From an uncultured Gammaproteobacteria bacterium (GTDB lineage Bacteria > Pseudomonadota > Gammaproteobacteria > Chromatiales > Chromatiaceae), in NCBI GenBank assembly GCA_963753615.1, contig CAVWCW010000029.1:1418-65417 (forward strand): a stretch of DNA of 64,000 nucleotides, read 5' to 3'. Made by a program: the position numbers and the translations under genes. Of the stretch, positions 30,893 to 43,104 are shown in pieces. The stretch's first letter is position 1; each line of letters begins with the position of its first letter. The notes below the pieces were generated by a model, which was not told the DNA's origin, made no database searches, and worked only from the letters and a program-made list of their open reading frames with translations.

Positions 30893-31954
30893 CTACAATC
30901 GGCGCATGTACCAGAGTGCCAACCCCAGTACCGCCAGCACCGGAAAGATGCTGGCGAACAGCGGGTCCAGTTGGTAGACCACCGCCATATGGGCGAACGC
31001 CCTGTTCGCCAGCAGAAAACCGATGCCGACCACCGATCCGGCGAACACCCGCTGCCCCACACCGGCGCTGCGCAGGCTGCCGAACACGAAGGGGATCGAC
31101 AGCAGCAGCATCACCAGCACCACCAGGGGCGTGGTGATCTTGCCCCAGAACGCCACCTCGTAGAGACTGGCATTCTGGCTGTTGTCGCGCAAAAAGCCGA
31201 TGTAACGGTACAGCCCGGCGATCGGCAGCACCGAGGGCTCCACCATCACCATGTCGAGCAGGGCCGGGTTCAGCAATGACTTCCAATAGGCGCGATCCAA
31301 GTGGCGGCTGCGGACTCTGTCGGGCAGAAACTCGCTTTGGTGGATGTTCTCCAATTCCCAGCCCTCGCCGGTGTGCCGCGCGGACTCGGCATGGCTGGCC
31401 AGCTTCAAGTGCTGGGCGTCGTCGAATTCGTAGATAAAGACATCGCCCAACGCGGCGCCCGGACGAAATTCGCGGATATTGATGTAGGAAGTACCGTCGC
31501 GGGTCCAGAATCCGTATTTCGTCTTGAGCGTAATCTGGCCGGAGATGGCCTCGGCACGCATGCGTTGCGCGTACTGCTCGGTCTCGGGTGCCAACAGCTC
31601 GCCGACTACAATCGCCAACCCCATCAGCAGCAGCCCGGCCTGCATCACCGACCAGACGATGCGCGACAGCGATATGCCGGCCGCGCGCATGGCGATCAGC
31701 TCCGCATGGTTGGCCATGGCTCCCAGCCCCACCAGGCTGCCGAGGAGGGTGGCGATGGGGAAGATCTCGTAGGCGAACCTGGGCAGCACCAGGCCCACGT
31801 AGAAGAAGGCCTGCAGCAGGCCATAGCTGCCCCGCCCCACCTCCCCCAGCTCTTTCTCCAATTCGACGAAGGCAATCAGGGTGAGCAGCACCAGCAGCAC
31901 CAGCAGGGTGGCTCCAATCACCGCCCGGCCGATGTAGCGGTCGAGCACCCTCAC
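30893..31954 (-). CDS. lptG: LPS export ABC transporter permease LptG
   Basis: VRVLDRYIGRAVIGATLLVLLVLLTLIAF... is the YjgP/YjgQ family. I propose the GTG start at 31954, which overlaps the lptF stop (GTGA). The ORF-track extension to 32059 is probably not translated. Confidence 0.85.
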   Translation of the reverse strand: MRVLDRYIGRAVIGATLLVLLVLLTLIAFVELEKELGEVGRGSYGLLQAFFYVGLVLPRFAYEIFPIATLLGSLVGLGAMANHAELIAMRAAGISLSRIVWSVMQAGLLLMGLAIVVGELLAPETEQYAQRMRAEAISGQITLKTKYGFWTRDGTSYINIREFRPGAALGDVFIYEFDDAQHLKLASHAESARHTGEGWELENIHQSEFLPDRVRSRHLDRAYWKSLLNPALLDMVMVEPSVLPIAGLYRYIGFLRDNSQNASLYEVAFWGKITTPLVVLVMLLLSIPFVFGSLRSAGVGQRVFAGSVVGIGFLLANRAFAHMAVVYQLDPLFASIFPVLAVLGLALWYMRRL

Positions 31955-33060
31955 CGCCAGGGTATCCTCAGCCAGCGCCGGCGCAAGGACCGCCCGCTGG
32001 CGGTATCCAGGCCCATCAGACCCAGCGCCACCAGCAACATGCTCGCCGGCACCCACCAAAGGCCAAGCCAGGCCGGCGTAGCGCCGTCCTCCATGAGGTT
32101 CTGCGACACCCCGAGCAGGTTGAGAAAAACGAAGTAGACGAGAAACGCAGTAACCATGCGCGCGGTCATCCCCTGGCGCGGTCGGGACCGGGCCAGCGGT
32201 ATGCTGAGCAGAGCGAAGGCGAGCACCGCCAGCGGCTGCATCAGCCGGTTCTGGCCCTCGGCCTTGTCCTCGAGGTCGGCGGATGTAAGCAGTTGTACAG
32301 TCGGCAGCTCCTTGCGCCGGGCCCGATGCGGCTCGTTGTTGCTGCGTCTCACCCTCAGGGCATACTCGTCGAACGAACCGATACGGTAATCGCGGTTGCC
32401 CACCACACCCTCGTAGCGAATGCCGTCGTCCAGCACCAGGTAGGTATCACCCGTGATCGGGTCCACCCGACGGTGCCCGCTGGCGGCTACCATCAGGCCC
32501 ACCTTGCCGTGCTCCCGGTTCTGCACGAAAATCTCGCGCATGGTCTGCTGCTCCGTGTCCAGCTCGGCCACATAGAACACCAGGTCGCCGGCGCTGTACT
32601 CGTTGAAACGCCCGGGCTCGATCAGCGACAGCTCCGCCGCTGCCCCGCGCGCCTGGTTCTTGATCAGCGTGATCATCTGGTTTCCCCAGGGCAGCACCGA
32701 AGCCGCCAGCCAGGCCACCATCAGCGCCACCGGCAGGGAGGCCACCAGTACCGCGCGGAAGATGCGCAGCGGGCCCACCCCGCAGGCCTCCAGCACGACC
32801 AGTTCGTTGTCCCGATGCATGCGCCCGAGGCTGATTAGGATCGAGAAGAAAAACGCTGGCGGAATCAGCACCGAGAGATTGCGAAGCAGTTCCAGGCCAA
32901 TCAGCTCCAGCAGGATTTGGGCCGCCACATCGCCGCTGGCCACCTTGCGCAGATAGCGGATGAAGGTAGTGGCCAGCAGGATCAGCACCAGCACCGAGAC
33001 CAGCGCCAGCAGGGTCTTGACCACCTCGCGCAGCAGATAGCGGTCGAGGGTGGATATCAT
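31951..33060 (-). CDS. lptF: LPS export ABC transporter permease LptF
   Basis: MISTLDRYLLREVVKTLLALVSVLVLILL... (ATG at 33060). The gene is divergent from pepA, as in E. coli and Pseudomonas. Confidence 0.85.
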   Translation of the reverse strand: MISTLDRYLLREVVKTLLALVSVLVLILLATTFIRYLRKVASGDVAAQILLELIGLELLRNLSVLIPPAFFFSILISLGRMHRDNELVVLEACGVGPLRIFRAVLVASLPVALMVAWLAASVLPWGNQMITLIKNQARGAAAELSLIEPGRFNEYSAGDLVFYVAELDTEQQTMREIFVQNREHGKVGLMVAASGHRRVDPITGDTYLVLDDGIRYEGVVGNRDYRIGSFDEYALRVRRSNNEPHRARRKELPTVQLLTSADLEDKAEGQNRLMQPLAVLAFALLSIPLARSRPRQGMTARMVTAFLVYFVFLNLLGVSQNLMEDGATPAWLGLWWVPASMLLVALGLMGLDTASGRSLRRRWLRIPWR

Positions 33061-33320
33061 CGGAAGAGCCGCGCTTCGGCCGCTGCAGGCCCCGGATATA
33101 GCTGTCGCATTTTGATTCCGGACTGGAAGCAAACCCGCTGTTGCTGTGAAAAGCGGGATGTCTTTGGGTAGACTAGCGGGCAAAGCCAGCCCCGGCTTCG
33201 CGCGTCGAGAACAAACCGCGCCGCCAGTCCGGGCCATGCTACACCAAAAGCAGGACAGCGAGAAACGAGCGGCGCCTGGCGACGGCCAGACCGGCAACCC
33301 AGCACGAAACGGGAGAACCC

Positions 33321-34820
33321 ATGCAATATAAAGTGAAGACTGCGGCACCCTCGGCCATCAAGAGTCCCTGCCTGGTGGTGGGCGTGTTCGCCAAGCGGCG
33401 CTTGAGCGCGGCAGGCGAGGAATTGGACCAGGCCAGCGCCGGGGCCTTGAGCCAGACACTGAAGTTCGGTGACATCGAGGGCGAGATCGGCGACAGCCAG
33501 ATGCTCTACCAAGTGCCGGGCTGCAAATGCGAGCGCGTGCTGCTGCTGGGACTGGGTGACCCCAAGGAACTCAAGCTCGCGGACCTGCGCAAGGCGGCCG
33601 CTGAGGCGGTAGCGGTCCTCAACCAGGGGCACAGCACCGGTGCGGTGTTTCACCTCGACGGCATCGCTCCGGTCGACGGCGACCCCTACCGCACTGCCCG
33701 CGATCTGGTGCTGACCGCAGAACAGACGAGCTACCGCTTCGATCAGCTCAAAAGCGACCCCAAACCGCCCAAGCGGCCCCTGCGAGAGATTACACTCGCC
33801 GCCACCGATCCGAATGCGGCCAACACCTTGCGCCTGGCCGCCAGCCACGGCAAGGCCGCAGGGGCCGGCGTCAACCTGGCCCGCGACCTGGGCAATCTGC
33901 CGGGCAATGTCTGCACCCCCAGCTACCTGGCCGAGCAGGCCCTGGCCATGGGCAAAGCCAACGACCGACTGAGCGTCGAAGTGCTGGAAGAGAAAGACAT
34001 GGAAAAGCTCGGCATGGGCGCCCTGCTCTCGGTATCCCGCGGCAGCCGCCAGCCGGCCAAGCTGATCGTAATGAACTACCGGGGCGGCAAGACCAAGGCC
34101 AAGCCTATCGTGTTGGTGGGAAAAGGCCTTACTTTCGACGCCGGCGGCATCTCCATCAAGCAGTCCGCCGGCATGGACGAGATGAAATTCGACATGTGCG
34201 GCGGGGCCAGCGTATTCGGCACCATCGCCGCCTGCCTGGAGCTGAAGCTGCCGCTGAACGTGGTCGGCGTGGTACCCGCCTCCGAGAACCTGCCGGACGG
34301 CGATGCCAATAAACCGGGCGACATCGTCACCAGCATGTCCGGCCAGACCATCGAGGTGCTCAACACCGACGCGGAGGGCCGTCTGATCCTGTGCGACGCC
34401 CTGACCTACAGCGAGCGCTTCAAGCCCGAACTGGTAGTGGACATGGCCACCCTCACGGGCGCCTGCGTGGTAGCCCTGGGCCAGCATGCCTCGGGCCTGT
34501 TCAGCGCCGACGACGAGCTGGCGGACGAACTGCTCGCGGCCGGCCAGCACAGTGGCGACCGGGCCTGGCGCCTGCCCCTTTGGGACGACTACCAGAAGCT
34601 GCTCGACAGCAACTTCGCCGACATGGCCAATATCGGTGGCAAATACGGCGGCGCCATCACGGCTGCCTGCTTCCTGGCCCGTTACACCAAGAAGTACCGC
34701 TGGGCGCATCTCGACATCGCCGGGGCGGCCTGGCTCACGGGAGAGGAAAAGGGCGCCACCGGCCGACCGGTGCCCCTGCTCACTCAATTCCTGCTGCGGC
34801 GCAGCGGCAAGGCGGGCTGA
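33321..34820 (+). CDS. pepA: Leucyl aminopeptidase (M17)
   Basis: VGKGLTFDAGGISIK, MKFDMCGGA and the NTDAEGRL metal-site motif are present. The length is 499 aa. Confidence 0.95.
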   Translation: MQYKVKTAAPSAIKSPCLVVGVFAKRRLSAAGEELDQASAGALSQTLKFGDIEGEIGDSQMLYQVPGCKCERVLLLGLGDPKELKLADLRKAAAEAVAVLNQGHSTGAVFHLDGIAPVDGDPYRTARDLVLTAEQTSYRFDQLKSDPKPPKRPLREITLAATDPNAANTLRLAASHGKAAGAGVNLARDLGNLPGNVCTPSYLAEQALAMGKANDRLSVEVLEEKDMEKLGMGALLSVSRGSRQPAKLIVMNYRGGKTKAKPIVLVGKGLTFDAGGISIKQSAGMDEMKFDMCGGASVFGTIAACLELKLPLNVVGVVPASENLPDGDANKPGDIVTSMSGQTIEVLNTDAEGRLILCDALTYSERFKPELVVDMATLTGACVVALGQHASGLFSADDELADELLAAGQHSGDRAWRLPLWDDYQKLLDSNFADMANIGGKYGGAITAACFLARYTKKYRWAHLDIAGAAWLTGEEKGATGRPVPLLTQFLLRRSGKAG

Positions 34821-34832
34821 GGAGCGCCGAGT

Positions 34833-35264
34833 TTGACCCAGGTCGACTTCTACCTGCCGGGTCCGGGCGCCCGGGACAACCGCTTCGGCCTCGCATGCCG
34901 GCTGGCGGACAAAGCCTACCGTCAGGGCCACCGGGTATACCTGCACGCGGCCTCCGCCGAGCAGGCCCGACACCTGGACCGGCTGCTGTGGACCTTCCGC
35001 GACCAGAGCTTCGTGCCCCACGGCCTTGCCGGACAGGCCGACCCGGCCCTGACTCCGGTGCTGGTGGGCTGGCGACCGCCACCGGAGGGCGAACATGACG
35101 TGCTTATCAACCTGGCCCCCGAGGTGCCGGATTTCTTCAGCCGTTTCCGCCGGCTCGCCGAGCCCCTGGACGACGACCCCGGCATCCGCGAGGCCGGGCG
35201 CGAGCGCTACCGCTTCTACCGCGACCGGGGCTATCCCCTGCAATCCCACCAGATCGGCGCCTGA
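34833..35264 (+). CDS. holC: DNA polymerase III chi subunit
   Basis: MTQVDFYLPG...ACRLADKAYRQGHRVYLHAASAEQARHLDRLLWTFRDQSFVPH is the HolC pattern. The gene sits directly after pepA. TTG start. Confidence 0.85.
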   Translation: MTQVDFYLPGPGARDNRFGLACRLADKAYRQGHRVYLHAASAEQARHLDRLLWTFRDQSFVPHGLAGQADPALTPVLVGWRPPPEGEHDVLINLAPEVPDFFSRFRRLAEPLDDDPGIREAGRERYRFYRDRGYPLQSHQIGA

Positions 35265-35295
35265 GGCGGCCCGATTCACAACCTCCGAGGCCGCC

Positions 35296-35595
35296 ATGAG
35301 CGAAGAACAACCCAAGGTCCCGATACTCACGGAAGTATTGCCCGAGGCAAGCACACCGCACGCCTTTGCCGGGGCTGCCTTGAGCCGCTTGAGCGGGGGC
35401 GCCGACGATCTACGGCATCTGCTGGCGCCGATGATCGAAGCGGCTGCCGGAGCGGCCACCGAGCGGGCGATGGCGGAGATGAAGCGGGTGCTGGAAGAGG
35501 AACTCGAAGTCGAACTGCAGCGCCGACTGGCGGAGCTGATCCAGCAGTTGGGGCCGGACCAGCCGCCCGACCCCGAGACCGACGCCGAGGCCTGA
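35296..35595 (+). CDS. Small acidic hypothetical protein
   Basis: 99-aa ORF with GC3-rich codons and a coiled-coil-like C-terminus (RVLEEELEVELQRRLAELIQQL). No recognisable family. Confidence 0.45.
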   Translation: MSEEQPKVPILTEVLPEASTPHAFAGAALSRLSGGADDLRHLLAPMIEAAAGAATERAMAEMKRVLEEELEVELQRRLAELIQQLGPDQPPDPETDAEA

Positions 35596-35614
35596 GCCCC
35601 GCGTACGGCACCCG

Positions 35615-37138
35615 GTGGAACGCCTGCTGCGCAGCCCGCGAACCCTGCTCGCCCTGATCGGCGGCTACCTGCTTTGGCAAGTGATCCTGCGTCTGCTGAT
35701 CGGCGGCGGCCTGGGACTCGACGAGGGTGAGCAGCTGATTCTCAGCCAGCGCCTGCAGCCCGGCTATGGCCCGCAGCCGCCGCTGTACACCTGGCTGCAG
35801 ATGGGCCTGTTGCGGCTCGGCGACAACCCCTTGCTGTCGCTCAGCCTGCTGAAAAACGGCCTGTTGTTCGTCACCTACGCCGCGGTCTATCTGGCCGCGC
35901 GCCGCCTTTGCCCCAATCCGGAGAGCGCAGCCCTGGCGGCCCTGTCCCTGCTGCTGCTGCCGCAGATCGGTTGGGAGTCTCAGCGCGACCTCACCCACTC
36001 GGTGCTGGTCACCACACTCAGCGCCCTGACCCTGTGGCTGGTGCTCGGCATGACGGCGCGCCCGGCGCAATGGGGGGACTACGTCTGGCTCGGAATCCTG
36101 CTTGGCCTCGGGGTGCTGTCCAAGCTCAACTACCTGCTGTTTTTCGGCTCCCTGCTGCTGGCCCTGGCCAGCCTGGACCGCTGCAAGCTGCTGCGCCCAG
36201 GCCTGCTGTTGAGCCTGTTTATCGGCGTGCTGATCGCCAGCCCCTACCTGCTGTGGGTGGTCGACAGCCTGGACGCCGCCGGCGCCAGCCTGGGCAAGTT
36301 CGAGACCGACACCGGCGGCCTGGCCGCCCGCGCAGTCGGAATCTGGGCCCTGGCCCGGGCTTTGGTCTCTTTCGCCGCCCTGCCGCTGCTGGTCTACTGG
36401 CTGGTGTTTCGGACCTGGCCGGACTGGCCTCGGATCGCCCAGGACCCCGCGCGCCGGAACATGTGGCTGCTGTTGGTGCGCACCCTCTGGATCGGCCTCG
36501 GGTTGCTGCTGTTGTTCGTGCTGTTCAGCGGCGCCGAACGCCTCAAGGACCGTTGGCTGCTGCCCCTGCTGTTCTACCTGCCGCTGCTGTTGTTCGCCCC
36601 CGGGCTGCCGCCGGCGTCGGCCGGGCGCTCGCGCCGCTATCTGGCGGTACTGCTGAGCGCCATGTTACTGATCCCGGCCGGGCTGGCGGCGCGGGTATGG
36701 GTCGGCCCGCTGTTGGACAAGTACGGCAAACCTCACTTCCCCGCCGAACTGCTGGCCCGGGGGGTGCGCCAGGCGTTCCCGGCCCCGGCCCTGGTGCTGG
36801 CCGAAGACAGCCTGATCGCCGGCAATCTGAAATTCTACCTGGACCAGGCGTTCGTCAGCTTCCCGCCCCAGGAATTCCCGCTGGCGGCGATCGCCGGCCG
36901 CCGCGAACTGCTGCTGGCCTGGGACGCGGGGAAGCGCCCGGCCCCGCCGCCCGAATTGCTCGCCTACCTGGAACGGCACTTCCCCGGACGCACGCCCGAC
37001 GCCGAGCCGATCCTGTTGCGTGCACCCCTGCTGCATTCCGAAGACCGCAGCTTCCGCCTCGGCCTGCTGCGGGTGCCGGCGCCACCCTGGGACGCGGGGG
37101 CCGCGGCGGTGCCGATACCGGCGCCGGGCGACCACTGA
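35615..37138 (+). CDS. ArnT/PMT-like (GT39/GT83-type) membrane glycosyltransferase
   Basis: About 11 TM segments. The N-terminal loop LGLDEGEQLILSQRLQPGYGPQPPLYTWLQ fits the DE/aromatic motif of the dolichyl/undecaprenyl-phosphate sugar transferase family. GTG start. Confidence 0.8.
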   Translation: MERLLRSPRTLLALIGGYLLWQVILRLLIGGGLGLDEGEQLILSQRLQPGYGPQPPLYTWLQMGLLRLGDNPLLSLSLLKNGLLFVTYAAVYLAARRLCPNPESAALAALSLLLLPQIGWESQRDLTHSVLVTTLSALTLWLVLGMTARPAQWGDYVWLGILLGLGVLSKLNYLLFFGSLLLALASLDRCKLLRPGLLLSLFIGVLIASPYLLWVVDSLDAAGASLGKFETDTGGLAARAVGIWALARALVSFAALPLLVYWLVFRTWPDWPRIAQDPARRNMWLLLVRTLWIGLGLLLLFVLFSGAERLKDRWLLPLLFYLPLLLFAPGLPPASAGRSRRYLAVLLSAMLLIPAGLAARVWVGPLLDKYGKPHFPAELLARGVRQAFPAPALVLAEDSLIAGNLKFYLDQAFVSFPPQEFPLAAIAGRRELLLAWDAGKRPAPPPELLAYLERHFPGRTPDAEPILLRAPLLHSEDRSFRLGLLRVPAPPWDAGAAAVPIPAPGDH

Positions 37139-37154
37139 TCGGGACGATGCGGCC

Positions 37155-39422
<2,268 letters not shown>

Positions 39423-39700
39423 ACGCGTTGGACCTGCTGCAACGGATTCTGCCGGCCGGGATTTGGCGCTGGGCGATTGTAGGCGCTAGGCCGGGGTAAG
39501 GCCAAGGGGAGCGGCCAGCCTTGGGCGGGCAAACCGGGGAATATCGCTGGGGGAAATGCCGAAAGACCACGCCCCCGGGCCGGAAATGTTATAGAACAGC
39601 GATTGCCTTGGGGAAAATCCGGGCTAGTCGGTCTGCTGGAAATACGCCGCTTCGGCGCCTCGCCGTGGAGTCGGATCGAATCCGGCGCCCGCGGCTCTAT

Positions 39701-41230
39701 TCAGGCGATCGGTTCTCCCGCGATTTCTTCGCCGTCTTTGAGGCGCGATGAGGAAGGACTGTCGGGTTCCTGTTTGGTCGGCGGATCCTGGGCGAAGCGT
39801 CGGGAGGAACCGTCGGACATTGGGGGCATCGGGGCACCATTGCCGCGAGACGCGTCGTCGGTGCTCCACACCGCTTCGTACAGGGTGCCTCCCCGGCTGT
39901 TGCCGCTGATTGCGAAGGAGCCACCCGACAGTACCGCCCGCTCCCGCGTCGAGGCCATCCCTGCCGCGGAATCTGCGTCCGCGGAGGGTGAATAGAAGGC
40001 AAAACCGTTGTCCTCGACGCTCAATCGGATAGCCCCGTCGGATCCCCGCAGCCGGATGTGCACCTCATCCGAGTTCGCTTTAATGCCGATATAGCTGAGT
40101 ATCTCCTGGAGAATCCGGAAAATGATGTTCTTGAGTTCCGGCGGGATCTGTTGTTCGGCGATCTCAAAGGCAGTATCGATGGAGACGTTCGGATAAATCG
40201 ATCCGAATTCCCGGCAGGCCCAATCGATTGTACTCAGCAGGCCGATTTCATGCAGGCTTGGCGGGTGCATTTCCATCGCCAGCGTCCTCACCTCCTGCAT
40301 CGCCTGCTGGATCGCCTTGACGATGGATCCGAGCGGCGCACGCCGCCGTTCCGACGGCGAAGCACCGGTAGTCGTGCAGGCCGCTTCCACCTGCAACTTG
40401 ACCGCGGCCAGGGTCTGCGCCACCCCTTCGTGCAGCTTGTTCGCGACCCGCCTCCGTTCATTCTCCTCGGCGCTCAGCATGCGCGCCGACAGCAGCTCGA
40501 GTGTCTTGGTCCTGGCCAGGATCGTCTCCTGCTGGGACCTGATCACCCGGTGGCCCCGCGCTACCACGTACATCAAAAACGCGTACACCAGGGTCAAGGA
40601 AAGGATGATCCCGCCGACGAGCATCAGCTCCAGGCGTTCTGCTTTTGCTACCAATCCGCTGACGTCTGTGTAGATCTCGAATACCCCAAGCACCGGGGTC
40701 CATGGATCCACGCGCACCGGCAGGTAGGTCTGGATCAGATTATCGTCGTCGCTCTCTTCGTCCCAAACAAGAAAGGACGAACCATAAACGAGCCGGCTTC
40801 TCGGCCGCCCGCGCATCGCCGCGGCGAAACCAGGGTTGTCTCCCGAGGTGCTGCCGATCTGGGATCTCCTGGTGGAAAAAACCACGACACCCTGCTGGTT
40901 GTAGATCTTTATCCGGACCACGGCAGTATCCCGCATGGTCTTGCGGATCGCAGTCTGCAGTTCCACCGGTATCGTCGGGTCAAACACCTCATCGGCGCGA
41001 ACGCTCAAACGCTGCTCAAGAAAACCCGTAAGCTGGGGCTTTACCGAGTTGAGCGCAGTCTGGGCGACTACGGCGTTGCTTTGCTCCCCGAGTTCAACGA
41101 TGGCGGTGATCGCCAGTTCACGGATCAGCAGGCTGAGAAAGACCGCAGCGACGACGAGACTTAATAGACCGGCGAGCGAAAAGATTCTGGATTGAGCGAA
41201 CGGGATGTCTTTTCCAGTGGAGTTGTTCAT
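39701..41230 (-). CDS. Sensor histidine kinase, HisKA_3 (NarX/LiaS-type) with a two-TM periplasmic sensor domain
   Basis: H-box EENERRRVANKLHEGVAQTLAAVKL, followed by an HATPase region (ILQEILSYIGIKANS...VEDNGFAF). The C-terminal tail is Ser/Pro/Asp-rich. Confidence 0.85.
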   Translation of the reverse strand: MNNSTGKDIPFAQSRIFSLAGLLSLVVAAVFLSLLIRELAITAIVELGEQSNAVVAQTALNSVKPQLTGFLEQRLSVRADEVFDPTIPVELQTAIRKTMRDTAVVRIKIYNQQGVVVFSTRRSQIGSTSGDNPGFAAAMRGRPRSRLVYGSSFLVWDEESDDDNLIQTYLPVRVDPWTPVLGVFEIYTDVSGLVAKAERLELMLVGGIILSLTLVYAFLMYVVARGHRVIRSQQETILARTKTLELLSARMLSAEENERRRVANKLHEGVAQTLAAVKLQVEAACTTTGASPSERRRAPLGSIVKAIQQAMQEVRTLAMEMHPPSLHEIGLLSTIDWACREFGSIYPNVSIDTAFEIAEQQIPPELKNIIFRILQEILSYIGIKANSDEVHIRLRGSDGAIRLSVEDNGFAFYSPSADADSAAGMASTRERAVLSGGSFAISGNSRGGTLYEAVWSTDDASRGNGAPMPPMSDGSSRRFAQDPPTKQEPDSPSSSRLKDGEEIAGEPIA

Positions 41231-41405
41231 TGTTGTTTACAGCGCTATCGATCCGGCCCCAGAGTTCTACCGAGGACCACGAAATTCTAGCTTACCGGGC
41301 GCGGGTCGGGGTACCCGATCATGCCGAAAAGGTGCAGGCAAGCGCCGTCCAGCATAGTGCCGCCGGAAACGAGCGCAAACAATCTGGCGGGTCCCCAGCG
41401 GGGAT

Positions 41406-41421
41406 TGTGACGGTTTTCACA
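41406..41421. promoter_or_regulatory. Perfect CRP/Vfr-type palindrome TGTGA-N6-TCACA
   Basis: TGTGAcggtttTCACA sits in the 355-bp intergenic region, about 180 bp upstream of the kinase start at 41230. Both consensus half-sites match perfectly. Confidence 0.35.
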
Positions 41422-41585
41422 GAGGATGCCCCCGCTGGACAACGAGCGATATTCCGAGAATTCCCTCGACGCCGGGCCTAGATTCGGCTGCGACCGCTCC
41501 CTGGCGGCGTCCAGAGCCCTTCCGGTTTCCGGTACCGGCTTCACCCTGCTCTGCCCGTCGTCCGCAGAGGCGCGGCGAAACCTGC

Positions 41586-41975
41586 TCATTGCAAAGAGAG
41601 CTCTTTCGCAAACAGCGCCCCATTCACCCGGGCCAGGATGTCCTCCATGCAGGTCGGGGAATCTTTTGAAATGAAACAATCCGCCCCCGCGCGAAAGGCG
41701 GCCTGCCGGTATTCGGGGAGGTCGTAACTGCTGAGGATGACGACGACGACACCAGCGTGTCCCAGCTTGATATCTTTCGTCAAACCCACGCCATTGACAT
41801 CCGGTAGCTTGATGTCCATAAAAACCAGATCGGGTTCCAGAAAACCAAGCTTTTGCAATGCCTGGCCCCCACTTTCAGCTTCCTCGATGCCCATTGACGG
41901 GAAGTTGCTCTGCAGCATTTCCCGGGTTGCCGAGCGAAAGCTTCGAGAGTCTTCAACAAGCAGCGTGCGAAACAT
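41586..41975 (-). CDS. Single-domain (CheY-like) response regulator
   Basis: MFRTLLVEDSRSFRSA...DLVFMDIKLPDVNGVGLTKDIK...VVILSSYD...FISKDS. The ATG is at 41975. The upstream part of the ORF-track frame is unlikely to be translated. Confidence 0.85.
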   Translation of the reverse strand: MFRTLLVEDSRSFRSATREMLQSNFPSMGIEEAESGGQALQKLGFLEPDLVFMDIKLPDVNGVGLTKDIKLGHAGVVVVILSSYDLPEYRQAAFRAGADCFISKDSPTCMEDILARVNGALFAKELSLQ

Positions 41976-42588
41976 AACGACTCCAATGATCCCTAAGAGA
42001 ACGCCAAGGTATAGCGTTTCTCGTGCCGGGCCGGATTCCGCTGGCATTCTTAATCGCCGCATCCGATTGCAAAATGAGGCTCGCGGAAACCCCGTCTTCA
42101 AAAGGCGGACGGTAAAGAGCCAGGGATGACATGCTCAAACGCCCCGACAGCGAACTCGGCTGTGTCCATACGGTGCCTGCGCGTGGCTGGATTCCGGAAC
42201 GCTTGCCCATGCCAAAAAAGCCAGTCCGCCTAATCCAGTGAGCGAAGACTCGGTTTTCGCCGGTCGGCGTTCGGTACGGATTCGGAGCGCCCTCTCCTCC
42301 GAGCCTTGTTAAGTTTTCGTGAAATCACTGGCTCTGACTGTTAGGTCAAGTCTGGAAATTAACGCGGGCAACACTGTAGATGCTTAGTACAAACCCTATC
42401 AACCTAAAGACTGACGTATGGCATCACCCACGCCGATCAGGATTACACGTTCCACTCAACCCGCTGAAACAAATGAAAATACTGGGTTTCCGACAGCACC
42501 CACGCCGAGACCCGTGCAATGAATCGCCAAACGCGGCCCTCGACAGCGTTTACCCGGTAACGGGTGTGCAACCGGTGCATGACAGGCT

Positions 42589-42848
42589 AGCCCGGATATT
42601 TCACCGGGTATCGCGTCCCTGGCGAAGGGCCTGTGCGGCTGGGCGCCGCTCTGGAGCGAAATCGATAGCCGTAGCTACCGATTGAGTGAAGAGCAAGCCC
42701 AGCCGCGCAGGAACCAGCCAGGGGTGCGATAGCCAGGCGGCGTTATACAGGGTGTCTCACTGCAGACGCCTCCCGAGTTCTATTCATGGTCTCGAATTTC
42801 CATTAGCTTCCGCGCAGCCGCCTGGCGGCCTGGTGAAATATCCGGGCT
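42589..42848. mobile_element. MITE-like 260-bp element bounded by 17-20 bp terminal inverted repeats
   Basis: AGCCCGGATATTTCACC at 42589-42605 and its exact reverse complement GGTGAAATATCCGGGCT at 42832-42848. The right-hand ~87 bp also recur at 25144-25230. No ORF of convincing coding character lies inside. Confidence 0.4.
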
Positions 42849-43104
42849 CTAGCTCTCTGCCGGTGATTGTTCGTCGCGGTTGCAGGAACCCTGGCACTGG
42901 GCCGGGAAAAGCTGGCGGGACGGGACTCGCCGAAGAGCCCTGTTACCCGGTAAATTGGATCGGCCCGATGCAATCTGCATCGGCTATGTGCTTACCTGGC
43001 TGTTTTTGATCTATACTCCGACGGAGTTGGTTCGGCGCACGCAAAAATCATCATTTAGATCTGCAAGGTTATTATTTGCCGTTTTTGGCATGAGGCGGGG
43101 TTCG

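Noticed and set aside
33057-35459. 800-aa ORF on the minus strand
   Set aside because: It is antisense to pepA and holC, both of which have clear motifs. It has shadow-ORF composition and no recognisable domain.
42380-43009. Two ~100-aa plus-strand ORFs (42380-42685 and 42686-43009) in the long intergenic region
   Set aside because: Their composition is odd and they have no motifs. They overlap the MITE-like element and its inverted repeats, so they are more likely non-coding.
42964-43016. Perfect 8-bp hairpin CCGATGCA-atc-TGCATCGG followed by a TATACT -10-like hexamer, considered as the promoter/operator of the NarL-type regulator
   Set aside because: I found no acceptable -35 element at 16-18 bp spacing, and the hairpin alone is not diagnostic. 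I noted it but did not call it as a feature.
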